Positions 16,591 through 27,130 of a stretch of 64,000 nt of DNA are shown here, in pieces. Position 1 is the stretch's first letter; each line of letters opens with the position of its first letter. The translations under genes were made by a program, and so were the position numbers. The notes under the pieces were generated by a model. It searched no databases. It was not told the origin of the DNA and saw only the letters and a list, made by a program, of their open reading frames with translations. Origin of the DNA: Candidatus Nanohalarchaeota archaeon (GTDB lineage: Archaea > Nanohalarchaeota > Nanosalinia > Nanosalinales > JAFCCC01); the NCBI GenBank assembly GCA_017610385.1, contig JAFCCC010000003.1, positions 1 through 64,000 on the forward strand, read 5' to 3'.

Positions 16591-17402
16591 AATGTAAATA
16601 TCACCTCAACCATCTGATTTTCCATTTCTGCAAATCTCCTAAAAACATATATTCTTTCATTTACTATGGTTGTTGTTCCTCCATAATCAAAATACGGTCT
16701 TTCTAAAATTAGTAATTTTCCATTTGAATTTTTGATGGTTTTCCCATTTTTTACATTAAACGTTAAGGAATTAAATGATATTTCAGAAGATGTCCAAGAA
16801 GGATCATATTCTGTGAAGGCACTAAAATTAGAATATTGGCTTACAAATACTCTATAATCTTGATTTTGTGTAGCAACTAAGAAATAAAATGTTGTCCCAT
16901 TGATGATTTTAGTTCCAAAATGAATCAGGGATTCCGCATTAGCATAAAAACCACTGTTTGGTTCACCTGAAATTATAACTCCTTCTAGATCTCCCTTTTC
17001 AAAAAATCGCAGTGTTTCAATTATCACATATTCTTTTATATTGATCTGAAAATTTTCTTTTAAACCCAAGAGATACCGCAGTTGATTGTAATTTAAAGAA
17101 CCTAATGCATTAATTTTGTTCGGATCTAATTGTTGAAATTCTTTAACTAAACCCACTACCTTTATATGATTTATATGGTTTTCCCAATCTGTTCCATTTG
17201 TGCTACTATTTTTCCAGTAACCAGAATCACTTAAAAGTACATCGGTCAATGCCCAGCCAAGATTTTCCATTTTATTTTGTTCTGTTGTAGCAACATATTT
17301 TGGTAATATTGAAAATGCAGTTGTAATTACGAAAATCAATGTCAGGAAAAAAAGAACTGCCCCTGCTGTAAATTCTATATTAATTTGCCCTTTTTTGTAC
17401 AT
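16584..17402 (-). CDS. Class III signal peptide (minor pilin-like) protein
   Basis: KKG/QINIEF followed by a TM segment. Confidence 0.72.
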   Translation of the reverse strand: MYKKGQINIEFTAGAVLFFLTLIFVITTAFSILPKYVATTEQNKMENLGWALTDVLLSDSGYWKNSSTNGTDWENHINHIKVVGLVKEFQQLDPNKINALGSLNYNQLRYLLGLKENFQINIKEYVIIETLRFFEKGDLEGVIISGEPNSGFYANAESLIHFGTKIINGTTFYFLVATQNQDYRVFVSQYSNFSAFTEYDPSWTSSEISFNSLTFNVKNGKTIKNSNGKLLILERPYFDYGGTTTIVNERIYVFRRFAEMENQMVEVIFTLW

Positions 17403-17454
17403 GAATATAACCCTACAAATTAATTGCTCTTTTTAGTTTATGTAATTTTCAAGA

Positions 17455-18357
17455 TTAGACAATTAAAAGATAAATTAGAACTCCTATTGTGGCCATTATA
17501 AAGGAATGTTTAAATCCTGCTGAAATTTTTCCAGAACCAACCTGACCTCCAACTAACCCATTAAATATACCTTGAATTAAAACCATCATTAGGAATAAGA
17601 CCTTATAATAACAAAGTTTGTTTGCGGCGTTACCAAAGCCGAAAGTAGGACATAAATTACACATTGGTTTCGCAACACTCAAAGAACACATATTTATATT
17701 TGCACCGAACATTCCGTTAGAACCCAGACTTGCTCCCAACATTTTTTCTATACCTAGCTTATATAGCACAATAATTATTATAACAAATACAAAATATATT
17801 ACATAGATAATAACAACTTGCTGACTTAACATCGCTTTTCTTTGAACTTCTGCTTCTTTGATGCTAAGAACGTCCCTTGAAATTGTTTCTATTGTTTTAC
17901 TAATATTTCCTCCTGAATTATATGATTGAAGTAAAACCGCCAGAGAACGTTTAATTAATGCACTATCTTCCATTTTTTTTGCCAGACGCTCTAAAACTTC
18001 TGGTAATGGAATTCCCCATGAAATTTGATTTGCACTTTTAACAATTAAGGGAGTTAATCTCCCATATGTTCTTTCTGAGGCCGCTTGAAATGCTTGTGGA
18101 ATTGTTAGTCCACTTTTAATGGATTCTGACAAATCTCTTAAAAACGCTGGAAAGTTCTTTTCAATATTTTCAATTTTTCTTTGTTTGAAATATATATAAA
18201 ATCCATAAGGTAGTGCCCCACAAACAATTGCAGCTAAGAATAATGTTGAGCCAATACTTCCTAAACCCACTGATGATAAAACTATTGACAATATTATTAA
18301 AATGCCTCCGGCCCCAAAACTTCCGTATTTAATTTTTTGATCTTTTGTCAATTGCAT
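17455..18357 (-). CDS. Type II secretion F-domain / TadC-like pilus platform protein
   Basis: NFPAFLRDLSESIKSG...YG.L motif; multi-TM. Confidence 0.88.
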   Translation of the reverse strand: MQLTKDQKIKYGSFGAGGILIILSIVLSSVGLGSIGSTLFLAAIVCGALPYGFYIYFKQRKIENIEKNFPAFLRDLSESIKSGLTIPQAFQAASERTYGRLTPLIVKSANQISWGIPLPEVLERLAKKMEDSALIKRSLAVLLQSYNSGGNISKTIETISRDVLSIKEAEVQRKAMLSQQVVIIYVIYFVFVIIIIVLYKLGIEKMLGASLGSNGMFGANINMCSLSVAKPMCNLCPTFGFGNAANKLCYYKVLFLMMVLIQGIFNGLVGGQVGSGKISAGFKHSFIMATIGVLIYLLIV

Positions 18358-19251
18358 TTAATCCACCGGTGATATACTTTTTACTAGTAAAATAAACATG
18401 AGAGAGGCTAATGGTAGTAATATAAAAATACCTACCAATTGAATTGATAAAATTGTAGCATAACTTCCTAATACCATTGTGCCCATTATTGCAGATAAAA
18501 CCATCATGAATACTGAACCCACAATGACTAATGTAATGTAAATTTCTACAAATAAAGAAAGTGTTCTAGAAAATTTTTCTAAATCTCTCATATACCCATT
18601 CATTAAATTTCTAGAGTGTTCATATAAAAAATCTCGTAAATTCCCCCCAGAACTTAAAATATTGTGTATACCCCATAATAATTCTCGGAATTTAATACTA
18701 GGTGTTCTTTGTGCAGCTCTTTTTAATGCGGTATTAATATCTTCTCCAAATGAAGTTATATCTCGTGAAATTCTTTTACATTCCTTTGAAACTTCGCCGT
18801 ATTGCTCAAATTGTGCTAATAGGTTAAAAATCGCTGCTGGGGGAGTTCCTGTTCCAGCTAATGTAGATAAATACATTGTAGCAAATGGCAGGCTATTGTC
18901 TATTTTTTTACGTCTATTGCTTATTTTTAAAGAAGGATAAATATAAAATCCCATAAACGTAAGTGACGCTAAAACTATGCTTATGAATAGACCAGCAATT
19001 AATCCTGAAATAATTCCAGATAATCCTCCAACAATAATTCCTACAATTACACTTATAATTGGAACTAGAACTACAAAAGAAAACGCACTACTCACGATTG
19101 CAGTTGAAATATACTCTATTAAAGATAATTTAATGTCTGCTTGTTTTAATTCTTCTTTAATATCTTGAAAAAGAGGCACAAGCTTTTCTGAAATTCCTTT
19201 CGTTGTCTTATAAGCAAATTTTGTATAAAAACTACTTTTCAAAGCTCTCAC
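18358..19251 (-). CDS. Type II secretion F-domain / TadB-C-like pilus platform protein
   Basis: IDNSLPFA..Y...LAG.G, YGEVSKE, AA.RTPS. Confidence 0.88.
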   Translation of the reverse strand: MRALKSSFYTKFAYKTTKGISEKLVPLFQDIKEELKQADIKLSLIEYISTAIVSSAFSFVVLVPIISVIVGIIVGGLSGIISGLIAGLFISIVLASLTFMGFYIYPSLKISNRRKKIDNSLPFATMYLSTLAGTGTPPAAIFNLLAQFEQYGEVSKECKRISRDITSFGEDINTALKRAAQRTPSIKFRELLWGIHNILSSGGNLRDFLYEHSRNLMNGYMRDLEKFSRTLSLFVEIYITLVIVGSVFMMVLSAIMGTMVLGSYATILSIQLVGIFILLPLASLMFILLVKSISPVD

Positions 19252-19254
19252 CTC

Positions 19255-21123
19255 TTATGCGTTATTAACAACGTCCATGACTCTTTTTGGATCCTGATAA
19301 TAATAACTCAAAATTTTTCCAACTTGGGTATATTCTTGAATCCCTTGTTGTTTCATCCATTCTAATACCTTTTTTCTTCTAACAAGTTCTCCTTGTAATT
19401 TGGCAGCAGCAACACCGGTTTCATGAGAGATTTTAGATAATAATCTACTTTCTTTTCGAGCTCTGAACGTATCTGTAATTGGATCCCATTTAAAAACAGT
19501 ATTTGTAACTGGCACATTTTTATTTCTATCGTATTTTATAATTTCCATAATATTATGAACTTTTCTTACTTGCTTTTGGTTTCGTCTAACTGAGCCAATA
19601 AATATGATTAGATCCAAACTTGCGATTAATGAAGGTGATAATTCAATTGGTTTTGTGGTTAATCTATTCATAACCTTATCAATAGAGGATGCGTGAATCG
19701 TTGAGAGTCCAGGATGACCTGTAGCGATCTGTTGAAATAGAACGTATGCTTCTGAACCTCTTACTTCTCCCACAATAATGTAATCTGGTCTTTGTCTTAA
19801 ACTTTCTTTTAATAAATCATCTAGGGTTACTTCTCCCTCTCTTTCTCCACCGAAACCAAATCCAGATCGTGCTACTTCTGGAACCCAATTTGGGTGTGGT
19901 AATCTTAATTCAGGAGTGTCTTCTATGGAAATGATTTTAGATTCTGGTCTTATAAACAGAGAAAGTGCGTTTAATAAGGTTGTTTTGCCTGATGCAGTTG
20001 GTCCCGCAATCATAATTGATTTTCCTTTATCAATTGCAATCCATAAATACGCCAACATAGTAGCGCTAATTCCTCTATAATTCAGTAAATGAATGGGGGT
20101 TAGTGGTTTTTCTGTAAATTTTCGTATTGTAAAATTAGAACCCCGTCTAGCGATATCTGTTCCCAGAGTCGCTTGTACTCTTGAACCATTTGGGAGTGCT
20201 CCATCTAATAGCGGATTCGCAACAGAGATAGATCTTCCACATCTTTGAGCTAGTTTGATTACAAAAGAGTCCAATCGTTTATTATCCGTAAACATTATGT
20301 TTGTTTTTACTGAGGATATAATTGGATTTCTATGATAAACATATACTGGTATTCCAGTTCCATCACAGCTGATATCTTCTAAGTTAGAATCATTCATTAT
20401 TGGCTCTATTTTGCCCAACCCAATAAAGTCTCTGAATGCATAATAGATAAGAACTTCTTTATCTTTCTCAGTAATTTTGAATCCATAATAATCTAAAATT
20501 TTGTTGATTCTTTCCTCTAAAAACTTTTTAGATTCACTCTTTTTTAGTTCACCGAAATCTACATCAAGTGTTTCTTTTAAAATTTCCTCTACTTGTTCTA
20601 GTAATTTTTTGTTCTTTTCAGAAAGATTCGGTTCAACTAAAAAATAATTTAATTCATTTTTTTTAGAATTATATTTAATCTCAGTATACGCTTGAATTTT
20701 TTCCCCATCTTTTGGTTTCTTTGGTATTAACGGGTATTTTAAATTAACAGGGATTCTTTTAGGGAGTTTTAATTCTGGAACATCTACATTTATTTTAGTT
20801 TCAGAAGGAATTTCTATTCCTTTTACATATTCTTCTTCATAATAATTTTCAAAAAACTCTTCTTCTTCTTTTTCGCTGGGCGATTGTTTTGTAGGTGATG
20901 AAATAGGTGTTGGAGTGTGCTTTTGTTTTTTTGGTGGGGTTTTTACAGATTTTTCTCTAATTGCGGTTTTTTGAATGTTTCTTTCGACTGGTGGCGCTTC
21001 CATAATAATTGTATGCGGAACCGTGAGTGTTTCTTCAGAACTCATCAATTTAGATTTTCTTAATTCATTACTCCTTCTCAATTTTTTAATTAAAATACCG
21101 ATATCAAAAGTACTTTCTATCAT
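19255..21123 (-). CDS. Type II/IV secretion ATPase (VirB11/TadA/ArlI-like pilus ATPase)
   Basis: GPTASGKTT, SIEDTPEL, LRQRPDYIIVGEVRG, TGHPGLSTIHA. Confidence 0.95.
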   Translation of the reverse strand: MIESTFDIGILIKKLRRSNELRKSKLMSSEETLTVPHTIIMEAPPVERNIQKTAIREKSVKTPPKKQKHTPTPISSPTKQSPSEKEEEEFFENYYEEEYVKGIEIPSETKINVDVPELKLPKRIPVNLKYPLIPKKPKDGEKIQAYTEIKYNSKKNELNYFLVEPNLSEKNKKLLEQVEEILKETLDVDFGELKKSESKKFLEERINKILDYYGFKITEKDKEVLIYYAFRDFIGLGKIEPIMNDSNLEDISCDGTGIPVYVYHRNPIISSVKTNIMFTDNKRLDSFVIKLAQRCGRSISVANPLLDGALPNGSRVQATLGTDIARRGSNFTIRKFTEKPLTPIHLLNYRGISATMLAYLWIAIDKGKSIMIAGPTASGKTTLLNALSLFIRPESKIISIEDTPELRLPHPNWVPEVARSGFGFGGEREGEVTLDDLLKESLRQRPDYIIVGEVRGSEAYVLFQQIATGHPGLSTIHASSIDKVMNRLTTKPIELSPSLIASLDLIIFIGSVRRNQKQVRKVHNIMEIIKYDRNKNVPVTNTVFKWDPITDTFRARKESRLLSKISHETGVAAAKLQGELVRRKKVLEWMKQQGIQEYTQVGKILSYYYQDPKRVMDVVNNA

Positions 21124-21546
21124 TTAAATCTCCAAAGTTATTTGTTCTCCTTTTAAACTCAATGTAGCCTTTTTAACTGTGCTTTCTACAGACCCCTGTA
21201 GATTATATTTGTTTTCTAAACCAAAAACTGAGCTTATATAGGTTTTATTGTTTTTTGTTTGTATAAATATCCCCTTGGAATTTAGTTTCAAAAGATATTC
21301 ATTTCCACCAATAGACGGTGGAAGGCTAAATTCAATTTTACCTGTTGTATTTGTCTCAACTAATTCAAGTATATTTGAAGAGACAATTTGTCCTAGTATT
21401 CTTAGTTGTTCATCTCCTGTCTGATTTTTCGCTTCTTTTTCAAATACCTGAAATACTGCTAAAAAACTAAATGCAATTATTAAGCCCAGCGAAAATAATA
21501 TTATTTCCTCAACAACCAAGTATTGGCCTTTTCTTTTTTTTATCAT
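21124..21546 (-). CDS. Class III signal peptide (pilin-like) protein
   Basis: KRKG/QYLVVEEIILF. Confidence 0.72.
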   Translation of the reverse strand: MIKKRKGQYLVVEEIILFSLGLIIAFSFLAVFQVFEKEAKNQTGDEQLRILGQIVSSNILELVETNTTGKIEFSLPPSIGGNEYLLKLNSKGIFIQTKNNKTYISSVFGLENKYNLQGSVESTVKKATLSLKGEQITLEI

Positions 21547-22172
21547 AACATCTGAATCGAAACCCTAATCTTTCTTAAATCTCCTTGTGTTTTAGAAGCT
21601 GACGGAACGATTTCCTCCCCCTCATACTTAATAACTATTCGATATTTGCCACCAGTTTTCTCTGTATCGCCCACTGCTTCTAATGAAATTATTTGTCCTT
21701 TATTCGAATTTACATCTTCTAGTTCTCTGAATTCTAATCTAAACTCATTTTGGTATTGATTTGTGATTAGTCTGGCTTTGGCAAGCAAAACTCCTGGACG
21801 ATCTTCTCCTAAAAGTCCATATCCTTCTGGTAAAATGAAGGTTCCCTGAGTATCATCTTCATTTAATGCAACCCAATCTGTTGTTGCGACATACGCTGCT
21901 TTCGAATTTGTAATATAATTTATGCTGTTATTTTCTGTATCCAATCTTAAAAACCCATCTACCTTAAATTCAACAGTTCGAGAACCTTTATTTATTGAAA
22001 CGGTTTCAATCTCATTCGCAAGTTCCTTCAGACTCGAAATTGCGATATTAATACCATTTACATCTTGGTTTTTTTGAAGTAGCGGTACACCCCACAAATA
22101 TGCAGATGCGATGCCCGCAGCTAAAATACCAACTAAAAGAATTGCACTAACAACTTGAACTTGCCCTTTCAT
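21543..22172 (-). CDS. Class III signal peptide (pilin-like) protein
   Basis: MKG/QVQVVSAILLVGI..A...AYLWG.P. Confidence 0.78.
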   Translation of the reverse strand: MKGQVQVVSAILLVGILAAGIASAYLWGVPLLQKNQDVNGINIAISSLKELANEIETVSINKGSRTVEFKVDGFLRLDTENNSINYITNSKAAYVATTDWVALNEDDTQGTFILPEGYGLLGEDRPGVLLAKARLITNQYQNEFRLEFRELEDVNSNKGQIISLEAVGDTEKTGGKYRIVIKYEGEEIVPSASKTQGDLRKIRVSIQML

Positions 22173-22220
22173 AGTGTAAATTTAACTTATCTAGCATAAA
22201 AACGTTATCTTTCTACTTCT

Positions 22221-22697
22221 TTATTGTGCCTGGCAAGTTGTTTCAATTTCATAATCTGCTTCTGGGAATCTCAATAAAATAGAAGAATAATATTCTCCCT
22301 CAATAAAATCATCATTCATAGTTATGGTAACTTCACCAGTATATCCTCCTGGCGTTTGAGCCTCTTTCCAAGCAGCTGAATCACTTATATACGTTTCATT
22401 TACCCTAGTTCTGGTTAACGAAGTTACTTTTCCACCAGAATTATAAACAATAATGTCGAATGGGATCATATCTACAGGTCTTTTTCCAGAATTAATTAAG
22501 ATTAAGTTTAGATTAGGAGTTCCCGCCTCACAATCACTCTGTAAAACTTCTAATTTAGTTTCAAGTCGCTTTATGGTGGTTGTTTTTAAATCGTTTTGAA
22601 TATGCATTATCCAAACACCCGCAGCACCGGCTCCGGCCACGGTTATCATTAGTAAAAGAATAATTGCTATTACCGGCGTTATACCTTTTCTGTTCAT
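22221..22697 (-). CDS. Archaeal type IV pilin / archaellin-like major subunit
   Basis: MNRKG/ITPVIAIILLLMITVA, a typical archaeal pilin N-terminus. Confidence 0.85.
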   Translation of the reverse strand: MNRKGITPVIAIILLLMITVAGAGAAGVWIMHIQNDLKTTTIKRLETKLEVLQSDCEAGTPNLNLILINSGKRPVDMIPFDIIVYNSGGKVTSLTRTRVNETYISDSAAWKEAQTPGGYTGEVTITMNDDFIEGEYYSSILLRFPEADYEIETTCQAQ

Positions 22698-22716
22698 TTT
22701 TGCCCCTTCCTTCCTT

Positions 22717-23283
22717 TCAGATTAATTGATTTCCTATGGGTTTTTGAGGAACTTCTCTATGTTTTTGTAATGTAGTAGGTTTAAAGAAATCTCCTCGTCT
22801 TTGAGTTGCATAAAGTCGTCTTAGTCTTTTATCTAGTTTTTCTAAACCAGAAGCCATATTTGTATTAGATTCTTTTATGCCATCTACCATTTTTTCAATG
22901 TGATCTGAAACCTCTGTTAATTTATCTGCAATTGGATTAATTATATTTGTTCCTAGCTCTGAAGTAACTTCTGATTCTAAAGACGTTTCAGACGCTTCTT
23001 TTAATAGATCCATAAATGAATTAAGATTATCTACAACAGAATCCATTTTTGCAGTCAGGTTTTCCACATTATTTCTTAATTGAGTGTTGCTTTCGACCAT
23101 ATCATTAACAATCTTCTGATTGGATTTCATTATGTCTAAAATATCTCTTATAAGAGATTCATCTCTAGAAAGAGAATTACCACTTTCCAATTTTGTTAAC
23201 CGATTTTCTATGCGTCTTAAGGGACCTAAAGGAACTACTTCGTATTCCTCTGAATCTAAATTGAGCTCCACTTCTTTTGCCAT
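22717..23283 (-). CDS. Coiled-coil protein heading the pilus operon
   Basis: EYEVVPLGPLRRIE.R motif followed by heptad-rich sequence. Confidence 0.7.
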   Translation of the reverse strand: MAKEVELNLDSEEYEVVPLGPLRRIENRLTKLESGNSLSRDESLIRDILDIMKSNQKIVNDMVESNTQLRNNVENLTAKMDSVVDNLNSFMDLLKEASETSLESEVTSELGTNIINPIADKLTEVSDHIEKMVDGIKESNTNMASGLEKLDKRLRRLYATQRRGDFFKPTTLQKHREVPQKPIGNQLI

Positions 23284-23412
23284 AAATATCTTTCTCCGAA
23301 TAGAGTTATGTAAAAATCTTGGTTAGCGTGGTATAAATATCTTTGCTCCAAACTTCGAGAATTTAGTTACCATAGCGCGTTGTAAATAACCCAATAGCCT
23401 TTGTTTAATGGG

Positions 23413-24084
23413 TTACTTGATTATTTTCTCGACATGGCTCCAAATCTCTGAAAAAATTTCTTCTTTGCTTTTTAGAGTCCCATTTGCATTCATACATGCA
23501 ATAACGACCCAATTTGCTCTTTCTTGTGCAATCTCTAAATAATTTTCATTTGCATTTATTTGAAAATTTAATGATTCCTCATGTATATCTCTTTTTAATC
23601 CTTTAAGATATGCTCTTAGATCTTTGTGAGCATTAAGTTCAAATGCTGTTGAAGGAGATACATTTAGAACAAAAACCAGATCTGCTTGAGGCAATCTTTC
23701 TTCCACCTTTTCAATCCAAGACACAGCAACTTTTCTTTCTTGACCAAAATACTCTAATGGTTGAAAACCCATATTTGATTGAGTAAATCTATTAGAAACT
23801 ACGATTTTTCCTTCTGCAATGGCTTCTTGATATTCATTTTTGAACTGATAACGGTCTATTGCATAAAGTAAACATCTTATTTCAAATGGAATTTCATCTT
23901 TTTTCCCAAAATCTCCTCTCAAATAGGCTGCAACCAATTTACCGAATTTTGTTTCATAAGATGGAAAATCCGCATAAATTACACTTTTATTTAATTCTTG
24001 CAGTTTTGTTATCAGCTTCTTGGCTTGAACTGTTTTACCAGATGCGTCAATTCCTTCAATAACGATAAATGTTCCCTTTCCCAA
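23413..24084 (-). CDS. tmk: Thymidylate kinase
   Basis: FIVIEGIDASGKT, LLYAIDR, NRF..S. Confidence 0.9.
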   Translation of the reverse strand: MGKGTFIVIEGIDASGKTVQAKKLITKLQELNKSVIYADFPSYETKFGKLVAAYLRGDFGKKDEIPFEIRCLLYAIDRYQFKNEYQEAIAEGKIVVSNRFTQSNMGFQPLEYFGQERKVAVSWIEKVEERLPQADLVFVLNVSPSTAFELNAHKDLRAYLKGLKRDIHEESLNFQINANENYLEIAQERANWVVIACMNANGTLKSKEEIFSEIWSHVEKIIK

Positions 24085-24148
24085 CTCGAAATCCCTCTAT
24101 TTTCTTACTTGTTTTAAAAGAATAAAAAGTTAAAGTCCATTGCAGACT

Positions 24149-25792
24149 TTAATATTCTGGAGGCATTCCGCCAGGACCCATATTGGGTGGCATTCCTCCA
24201 GCACCACGAGAACCAGAAGCTGCGATGATATCATCTATCCTCAATATTAATTCTGACGCTTCTGCTGAACTTTGGATTGCCTGTACTTTAATTTGCAATG
24301 GTTCAACAACCCCTTGGGCATATAAGTCTTCCGCCTTTCCTGTAAACACATTTACACCAGCCCAAAGCATTCCTGATCCATGTTTAGCTCTTAAATCCAC
24401 CAATAGATCAATAGGATCTAAACCAGCGTTCTCTGCTAAAGTTCTTGGAATAATTTCTAAAGCGTCTGCAAATGCATTAATTGCTAGTTGTTCTCTTCCT
24501 CCAATTGAATCTGCAAAAGATCTTAATCTACGTGACAATTCAATTTCAACTGCCCCGCCACCCCCAACAATCTTTCCTATTCTTAATGAAGAAACAACTC
24601 CACCAATTGCATCTTCCATTGCACGTTTCACTTCATCAACAACATGTTCTGTACTTCCTCTAACTAAGATAGTTACTGCTTTTGCATTTTTGCAACCCTT
24701 TACAAAAATCATATTATCTCCAGAAACTTTTTTCTGCTCAACAACGCCCGCGTATCCCAAGTCCGTTGGATTAATTGGCTCAGATAAAGATGTTAAAATA
24801 GAACCGCCAGTTGCTCTTGACAATCTTTCCATATCCGATTTTTTAACCCTTCTAACAGCCAAAACGTTATGTTTAGACAGGTAGTGCTGCGCTAGTTCAT
24901 CAATTCCTTTTTGACATAATACCACGTTTGCTCCAGAGGAAACAATTTTCCCTGTTAATTCTTTCAGAGTTTTTTCTTCTTGATCTAAAAATTCTTGTAA
25001 TCTAGATGGATCTGTAATCTGAATTTGTGTGTCTGTTTCAGTATCTTTAATTTCTATAGGAACATTTAATAGTGCTACTTTGGCGTCTTTAATCAAATTT
25101 GGCATTCCCGGATGCACTTTTTCTTTATCTATAACAACACCATCAATTAATTCTGTATTTTCTGTTGATTCACCTTGTTTTTTCTCTAATTTTATATTGT
25201 CCATATCAAATTCATAACCATTTTCTGTTTGTTCTGAAACTTGTTTTACAGCCTTAACTGCAATCTGTGCCAAGTGAGTTTTGGACGTCTCTGCATTTTT
25301 TCCAGTCATAGCTGTAATCGCAACATTAACTAAGGTTTGATCATCATTAAACGTTACTTTTGTACTAATTTCTTCCAGAATCTGTAAAGTTTTTTCTTTT
25401 GCTAGTCTATATCCGGAAGCGATAACTGTTGGATGTATCTTTTGTTCTAACAATCCTTCTGCTTTTTTTAGTAATTCTCCCGCAATAATAACAACTGTAG
25501 TTGTTCCATCACCAACTTCTTCATCTTGTGTTTTTGCAATATTTACCATCATTTTAGCTGCAGGATGTTCGACTTCCATTTCTTCTAATATGGTTACCCC
25601 GTCATTTGTTACAACAACATCACCAATTGAATCCACCATCATTTTGTCCATTCCTCTTGGACCTAGTGTGGTTCTAATTGCATCTGCAATTGCTTTACAG
25701 GCTGAAATATTATTTATTTGTGCATCTTGACCGGTTTGCCGTAATGCATCTTTGTCTAAAATAAAAATAGGTTGTCCACCAACTTGTGCCAT
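24149..25792 (-). CDS. ths: Thermosome (group II chaperonin) subunit
   Basis: [19 protein letters not shown]-rich C-terminal tail. Confidence 0.97.
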   Translation of the reverse strand: MAQVGGQPIFILDKDALRQTGQDAQINNISACKAIADAIRTTLGPRGMDKMMVDSIGDVVVTNDGVTILEEMEVEHPAAKMMVNIAKTQDEEVGDGTTTVVIIAGELLKKAEGLLEQKIHPTVIASGYRLAKEKTLQILEEISTKVTFNDDQTLVNVAITAMTGKNAETSKTHLAQIAVKAVKQVSEQTENGYEFDMDNIKLEKKQGESTENTELIDGVVIDKEKVHPGMPNLIKDAKVALLNVPIEIKDTETDTQIQITDPSRLQEFLDQEEKTLKELTGKIVSSGANVVLCQKGIDELAQHYLSKHNVLAVRRVKKSDMERLSRATGGSILTSLSEPINPTDLGYAGVVEQKKVSGDNMIFVKGCKNAKAVTILVRGSTEHVVDEVKRAMEDAIGGVVSSLRIGKIVGGGGAVEIELSRRLRSFADSIGGREQLAINAFADALEIIPRTLAENAGLDPIDLLVDLRAKHGSGMLWAGVNVFTGKAEDLYAQGVVEPLQIKVQAIQSSAEASELILRIDDIIAASGSRGAGGMPPNMGPGGMPPEY

Positions 25793-26062
25793 AATTTAAT
25801 CACCTCTTAGATTAAGCATAAATTTTATTTTTGTATGAGAATAACTCGTGCGCAAATTTTTAAAGATATCCTTTTCTTTACGTTATACCTTTCGGTAATT
25901 TCTAAATAATACTTTAATCATAAAAATATTTAAAGTAGTAGTACTATTCTAATGCTTCTTGATTTTTGGTTTTATTTAAAAACGATTAATCTTTTTCTTT
26001 CTTTGGCGCCTTTAATATAAATTACACATTTAAATCTTATTCTTTGTATAAATTTTAATGAT

Positions 26063-26185
26063 GGACCCGTAGCTCAGCTGGTTAGAAATCTTTAGAGATT
26101 AGCTAGAGCGCCAGTCTTATATGGCTTCGTTTTGTATGTTGCCGAAGTAAGCTGGAGGCCGTGGGTTCAAATCCCATCGGGTCCA
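26063..26185 (+). tRNA. tRNA-Ile(TAT) with two introns (D-arm 22/23: 26086-26106; 37/38: 26122-26149)
   Basis: GGACCCG/CGGGTCC-A acceptor; CCAGT-CTTATA^A-GCTGG anticodon arm; GTGGG-TTCAAAT-CCCAT T arm. Confidence 0.82.
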
Positions 26186-26191
26186 ATTAAG

Positions 26192-26225
26192 TAAGCTTTT
26201 TAGATAAAAGCCCAAGCGAAAAGGA
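26192..26225. repeat. Palindromic repeat family A copy downstream of tRNA-Ile
   Basis: TAAGCTTTT-tagat-AAAAGCCC-AAGCGAAAA. Confidence 0.55.
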
Positions 26226-26306
26226 GTCTCACTCGTTTGAGTTTATTAAATAAGTTAATTTGAATTTAGGGATATATTCAGGTCCTTGCATAAGCAGGTA
26301 ATTGAA

Positions 26307-26939
26307 ATGAAAATTTTTGCGGTAGGAGATCTTCATGATCAGGAAAAAGTAGAAAAAGGAATTTTAAAGGAGTTAGAGACTGGTGACTATGAGCTTTTTA
26401 TTGGTTTAGGGGATTATACAAAGAAAAAGTATTTTGAAGACCTAATGAAAAAAATTAAAATCCAAAAAGCTTGTTTAACTGGTAATTGGGATTTTAATTT
26501 TAAAATGCCGGAAAATGGATCTATTCCAAATTTGTTTAATTTTGTGAAAGTTAATTTAAAAGCAAAAGACGGAGAATACAAAATAGTTTTATTAGGAGCA
26601 CAAATTCCACCGGATTTCCAAAAGGACATTAAGGACTGGTTAGATGATTTTGATCGCTCTAAATTAATTATTTGTTCACATTATCCTCCCTATTTATTAA
26701 GAGATCTTGCTGAGAATGGAGATCATGCTGGCATTAAAGAATTTCGGGACACTATCCTAAGATTAAAGCCTGCATTGTGGTTGTGTGGACATATCCATGA
26801 AGCTTCTGGATTCACTAAATTTTTGAGAACAACAATATTAAATGCTTCAGCATGTGATATAAATTATAAGCCAATTCGAGCAGGATATTCCATTGATATA
26901 AGTGAGAATGGCATTACGATTCAGGAGATTAAACTTTAG
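26307..26939 (+). CDS. Calcineurin-like metallophosphoesterase
   Basis: GDLHD, GLGD, GNWD, SHYPP, CGHIHE. Confidence 0.9.
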   Translation: MKIFAVGDLHDQEKVEKGILKELETGDYELFIGLGDYTKKKYFEDLMKKIKIQKACLTGNWDFNFKMPENGSIPNLFNFVKVNLKAKDGEYKIVLLGAQIPPDFQKDIKDWLDDFDRSKLIICSHYPPYLLRDLAENGDHAGIKEFRDTILRLKPALWLCGHIHEASGFTKFLRTTILNASACDINYKPIRAGYSIDISENGITIQEIKL

Positions 26940-27012
26940 GGCCTGTAGATCAGTCTGGTAGATCGCTACCTCGGCATGGTAGAGGCCTCGGGTTCGAATC
27001 CCGACAGGTCCA
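26939..27012 (+). tRNA. tRNA-Ala(GGC), intronless
   Basis: GGGCCTG/CAGGTCC acceptor with G3:U70; anticodon arm CTACC-TCGGCAT-GGTAG; TTCGAAT T-loop. Confidence 0.9.
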
Positions 27013-27015
27013 TTT

Positions 27016-27098
27016 GAGCTTTCACAAAGCTCAAGCAAACAGCGAGTTACGAGTGTAACTCACTAAGCCTTTTTAATAAAAGACGTAAGCCAAAAGAA
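27016..27098. repeat. Palindromic repeat cluster downstream of tRNA-Ala
   Basis: GAGCTTT-cac-AAAGCTC-AAGCAAA, GAGTTAC-gagt-GTAACTC, and a further AAGCCTTTT...AAAAG unit. Confidence 0.55.
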
Positions 27099-27130
27099 TA
27101 ACTAGTTAACTTTACTTAACTCATTTCACA

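Noticed and set aside
24183-24884. 233-aa plus-strand ORF
   Set aside because: Antisense shadow of the thermosome gene; the other short antisense ORFs in the track were rejected for the same reason.
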